In this document: in pieces, positions 60,236 to 64,000 of the stretch | Layout: each line of letters opens with the position of its first letter | Numbering within the stretch: position 1 is the stretch's first letter | The notes under the pieces: model-generated | Told to the model about the DNA's origin: nothing | The model's input: only the letters and a program-made list of their open reading frames with translations | Database searches by the model: none | Source of the DNA: Flectonema sp. DT1601 | Lineage: Eukaryota | Assembly (NCBI GenBank): GCA_964019425.1 | Contig: OZ025802.1 | Coordinates: forward strand, 310,001-374,000 | Direction: 5' to 3' | Length of the DNA: 64,000 bases | Translations under genes and position numbers: made by a program

Positions 60236-63200
60236 TTACTGCAAGACGCACACACAATCTTCAACAAGACAAGAAGCCCTTCGATACTTGTCTCTCTTTC
60301 TCTCAGCCTTTTGACTATCAATTCGCAGTTGTGAAAGAACCTTCGCATTCGTCTTGAGAGCATCCTGGACGGTGTGGAGCTGCTGTTGCTTTGCTTTTGC
60401 CATCATGCGAGTCTCATCTCTCATCGTCTCAAGTTTTTTAATTTGATTCGCCTTCTCGACGGGATCACCTGCTATCACCTCTCTGAAATGACAGAGGATA
60501 GTAGGACAGGTAGAAAGACGTTTCTCATCCTCATCGTAAAGGAATAAAGCCCTGTATCCAAGCTGACATGCTGACACCGGAATAGAACCCCTCGCCAAGA
60601 ATCTTGGATCTGGACCTCCAGTATCATGGTATACAGTAAGTGTTAATATTGCATGTTCTTTTTGTTGAAGGGGGAGGGACCACGTATCGTCCCAACGAGG
60701 GCAATAACCATTGTCTGGTACAACTCTAGTTTTTCCTGTAAAAGTGTCCGATTTGACTCCCTCAACTCTCACTTCAATAAAAGGATCAACGATAGCGTTC
60801 AGACAATCTTCGTCATCATCACCAGAAATCAGCTTACTCAGCGACGTTAAAGGATTCACTGTTGACAAAACTCCTTTTCCTCCTCCAGTTTCAGCAACCT
60901 CCTCCTCAACAGCTGGTAGGAATTGACAGCTTATAACTCGAATTACTTGTGTGCATTTACCTGATTCCCTCCAACGTTTTCCCATATCAAGAGCACCTTG
61001 AGACACATCTTCATTGTCTGTGTTTATGTTATCGTCGGATTGCTTTTGTTTGATAGGTTCAGAAAGCATGTGACTAGGTTTTAATAAATACCCAAAACTA
61101 CCCTTGTGTGCCATCCTAAACTTCGATCGGTACGCCGACCGCAGCGCGATTGCCTCCTCTCCTTCAACAGTATGCGGGTTGGGTAAATAATCAATTCCAA
61201 CTAACTGGGCTCCTGCTGAGAAAGCTGAATGGACTCCTGTTCGTTTCCACTTTCCCCATTTGTGGTTTTTGTCTTCTCCTGATGTGGGTCCGTTTCGTTT
61301 AATGTGAGAGCAGTCTCGTGATAAAAGTGGTCTATCTCTTCCGTTTACTTTAATAAGAAATTGAGGTTCAGTTGTCGGGTTGTCGGCGTCGAATTTCCAA
61401 GAAGAAATAGTACCTGTGCAGCTCTCTCCGTTGTTTGTGAATGCAATCTTATCGCCGACTTGAAATAATCGATGATGGGGTTCTACATCTGACGTACAGA
61501 AAGTCAGATGTTCTTTCGTGAAAACATGTAACTCATGTAAGTAGTCCGACTGCTGTGGTAACTCTGCCTCTTCCCTGGGCAAAACGAGACCTTCAGTCTT
61601 GTCTTTATTTATTATAACTCGACGTTCATCACGCATCTGCCTCAGCTGCCATTTTTCAACCTGATCCAGTTTTGTTTCCAACTCATCTTGTGAAATGCAA
61701 CAGACTAAAGAAGATGTACCGCTGTGTTCTCGGTATGATGATTTTCTTCTCATCAGGTGCATTGGATTTTCGGATTTTTGAGCTTCAGCTGCTGTCTGAC
61801 TCATGACACTCTTACGACGAGATTTTCGTCTTTCAGAAGGCTCATCATTCGCATATTCTAATCCGGAGCAAAGAACTGGCCATTCGATACTTTTGGGAGG
61901 CGATTCCCAATCGTCAATCTTCACAGGAATCAGACTCTCAATTAATTGTTGTTTTAAGATTTCTTGGCAATTCTGCGTCTCTCGATCTCTGGATGCGCTC
62001 AGCATGAATTCAAGTGTCGCAAGCTGAGTCAGCTCTGATTGTATTCTTCTTTTTGTGAATGGGATCCACTCAGATGTTGGAGAAGTAGTGAGGGAAACCT
62101 TTAAAGCAATAATAAACCTGTTGTATAACAGGTTGAGAGATAAGTTTGAAACTCCTCCGAGATCCTTAACACTCTTATGCGCAGTCAAAGACTGTCCCTC
62201 TGCAGAACAACCAGAAGGCACTTCTAATAACTCTGAATTAGTTACAATCGTAAAATGAGAACTTGCTCTTCCTAAAGTAGAGCAAGTGCAGTGATGTTGT
62301 TTGTCAGGAATACCGAGTACGTCTTTCAATGACTGTGCTATACTATTCTGTTCAGAAATATCTGTGGTGTCATTTATTTCTATCACAATAATAAAAGGTG
62401 TCGGGGAGTAAGTAAACGCATTTTGCTTCACAATCGCCAACACATCTCGGAATGGTTCTCCGTTTTCACGGATGTTTTTGTAGAAAGGACCAGGATGGTC
62501 TTTTCTTTTCGGACCACCTGCCCTAGCCGATTCACAATCAAATATGTTAGCAGGCTTTTTTCCCGAAGGAAACGATTTTCGATATCCCCCCGCTGATATT
62601 TTCCAATTAATCTTACTCCTCTGGCCTACCTTTCCACCACGAGGAGCGAAGTGAATCGCTCTTGGATTGTACTCCTGCAAAACACGTGCAACGCTTTCCG
62701 TTGGAGTCAAGACTTTAGTACATCCGTAAGGTAAGAAAGTTGTTTCTATCGTATTTGAGAGAAAGCCGTACGCGGTATTGATCGACGTAGATATGTAAAA
62801 ATCTTTTAAAGTTCTATTCCAAGGCAGGGCATTCTTATTATGATCAGCCGTCGTAAAACCTGATCCCCATTCTTTCTCAGCAATACAAAAAGGGTTGAAG
62901 GCACTGTTGAGAGATGAATGCATTAAAAAAGTCGTAAATTTTCCCTTCGAAACTTCCGTCTTGTGGTAGTTTAAGATCTCTTCTTGAAATAATAAAATCA
63001 TTTGACTTCGTTTTGCCTTTCCTTGTTTTCGAAGGAACTCTTTTTCTTCTTTGAGGTTTCGAAGTTGTTCTTTTAGTTGCGGGAGATCATTTGAGTACGT
63101 GGAAACCAATCTCTTCTCTTTCGCCTTTAACTTTGCTCTGGCATCACGTTCTTGATCTTGTTGGTAGACGTAGGTATCAAATGCTCCTGTGGTGCCTTCA

Positions 63201-64000
63201 CTTTTTAATCTCATCTTAACTCTTCCTTTAGCGAATTCAGCGAATAGTTGATTAACGATGTCGTGATTGCGGAGTTGCCACATTAGTTTTTGTAATTGTA
63301 ATCTGTTCAGTTCAACTGTACCCTCTTCGATGTGTTCTAAGATTGTGGGAACGTCGAGAGTTTTGTACTCCACCTCACTCGATAAGATATCCGCAACTAA
63401 TTTAAAAACACGTTTTTGTCTGATGTTACAAAAAGTTAAGACCGTTGAGAGTTCATCTCGAACGTTTACCTTTCCATCTCCAGACTCGTCAGCGTAGACC
63501 CAAATCTTTTCCAACCAAATAGACATTGGATTTATCTGAGAGCGTTCTGCTGCTGTTGGTAAAACTATAGTACCGTACCCCCCGTATAAGAGACATTTTA
63601 AACCGTTTTGCCATCGGCGACAAACGTGAGAAGCTCTCAACGTGTCATATGTTCCAGGAGTTGTTTCCCATTGAGCTTCTTTAAATGAAAGACGTAGATC
63701 ACTCATTCTGCCAGTAATGAAATCTCTATATTGGATGTGGATGCAGTGACGTGGATCTCTGCCATCTTCAATTGCAAGTTTCCAACAGCTGTCTGATGCG
63801 AATGCCGGATCCCATTTGCTTTGGCTTTTTGGGTTTTTTGGAAGGATGAAAACCCCGTCATCACCGTCTTCAATATCGCTAATAAATAAGGTGCATTTCT
63901 TGATCGGGTCCGGCACTGCTATTTTTCCAACGTCAATAGGCTGGGAAGCGCTCTTGTCATCTCCCCTCTTCTTTTCCTTTTCGGATAGTTTTTTCGAAAG
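60236..64000 (-). CDS. Phosphoinositide phospholipase C-like protein (EF, X/Y and C2 regions; C-terminal CaaX); 5' end outside the window
   Basis: EF-hand ADESGDGKVN. X-box LKDFYISTSINT and AFTYSPTPFIIVIE. Y-box GAQLVGID...GYLLKP. C2 domain DPFIEVRVEG..T.VVPDNGYCPRW, GYRAL. The frame is open to base 64000. Confidence 0.85.
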   Translation of the reverse strand, partial: LSKKLSEKEKKRGDDKSASQPIDVGKIAVPDPIKKCTLFISDIEDGDDGVFILPKNPKSQSKWDPAFASDSCWKLAIEDGRDPRHCIHIQYRDFITGRMSDLRLSFKEAQWETTPGTYDTLRASHVCRRWQNGLKCLLYGGYGTIVLPTAAERSQINPMSIWLEKIWVYADESGDGKVNVRDELSTVLTFCNIRQKRVFKLVADILSSEVEYKTLDVPTILEHIEEGTVELNRLQLQKLMWQLRNHDIVNQLFAEFAKGRVKMRLKSEGTTGAFDTYVYQQDQERDARAKLKAKEKRLVSTYSNDLPQLKEQLRNLKEEKEFLRKQGKAKRSQMILLFQEEILNYHKTEVSKGKFTTFLMHSSLNSAFNPFCIAEKEWGSGFTTADHNKNALPWNRTLKDFYISTSINTAYGFLSNTIETTFLPYGCTKVLTPTESVARVLQEYNPRAIHFAPRGGKVGQRSKINWKISAGGYRKSFPSGKKPANIFDCESARAGGPKRKDHPGPFYKNIRENGEPFRDVLAIVKQNAFTYSPTPFIIVIEINDTTDISEQNSIAQSLKDVLGIPDKQHHCTCSTLGRASSHFTIVTNSELLEVPSGCSAEGQSLTAHKSVKDLGGVSNLSLNLLYNRFIIALKVSLTTSPTSEWIPFTKRRIQSELTQLATLEFMLSASRDRETQNCQEILKQQLIESLIPVKIDDWESPPKSIEWPVLCSGLEYANDEPSERRKSRRKSVMSQTAAEAQKSENPMHLMRRKSSYREHSGTSSLVCCISQDELETKLDQVEKWQLRQMRDERRVIINKDKTEGLVLPREEAELPQQSDYLHELHVFTKEHLTFCTSDVEPHHRLFQVGDKIAFTNNGESCTGTISSWKFDADNPTTEPQFLIKVNGRDRPLLSRDCSHIKRNGPTSGEDKNHKWGKWKRTGVHSAFSAGAQLVGIDYLPNPHTVEGEEAIALRSAYRSKFRMAHKGSFGYLLKPSHMLSEPIKQKQSDDNINTDNEDVSQGALDMGKRWRESGKCTQVIRVISCQFLPAVEEEVAETGGGKGVLSTVNPLTSLSKLISGDDDEDCLNAIVDPFIEVRVEGVKSDTFTGKTRVVPDNGYCPRWDDTWSLPLQQKEHAILTLTVYHDTGGPDPRFLARGSIPVSACQLGYRALFLYDEDEKRLSTCPTILCHFREVIAGDPVEKANQIKKLETMRDETRMMAKAKQQQLHTVQDALKTNAKVLSQLRIDSQKAERKRDKYRRASCLVEDCVCVLQ

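Overview
AT-rich eukaryotic nuclear DNA, probably from a euglenozoan protist such as a diplonemid. This is an inference from three features: all host genes are on the minus strand, introns are short GT-AG introns, and there is a trypanosomatid-style adenylate cyclase. Bases 1-21.3 kb hold a co-directional gene cluster: TMEM33/Pom33-like, cyclin, F-box, G-patch, FAM210-like, Kelch-BTB, a SelM/Sep15-type selenoprotein (its in-frame TGA was missed by the ORF track), adenylate cyclase, a mitochondrial PPR-like protein, a class-2 DHODH with a degenerate active site, and an Ala-rich protein. Bases 21.5-59.6 kb form a nested transposon island. It contains a TA-flanked MITE, two HERO-like RLE non-LTR retrotransposon copies, DIRS/VIPER-like remnants and a piggyBac with its empty site in the same window. 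It also contains many copies of two retroposon 3' modules, here called Q and R. These end without poly(A), in a shared stem-loop with compensatory changes followed by GAAATTC. Q is the multi-kb 3' region of a HERO-like element and carries an expandable array of palindrome-rich ~120-140 bp units. Bases 60.2-64 kb encode a PLC-like protein lacking the first catalytic His and ending in a CaaX box.
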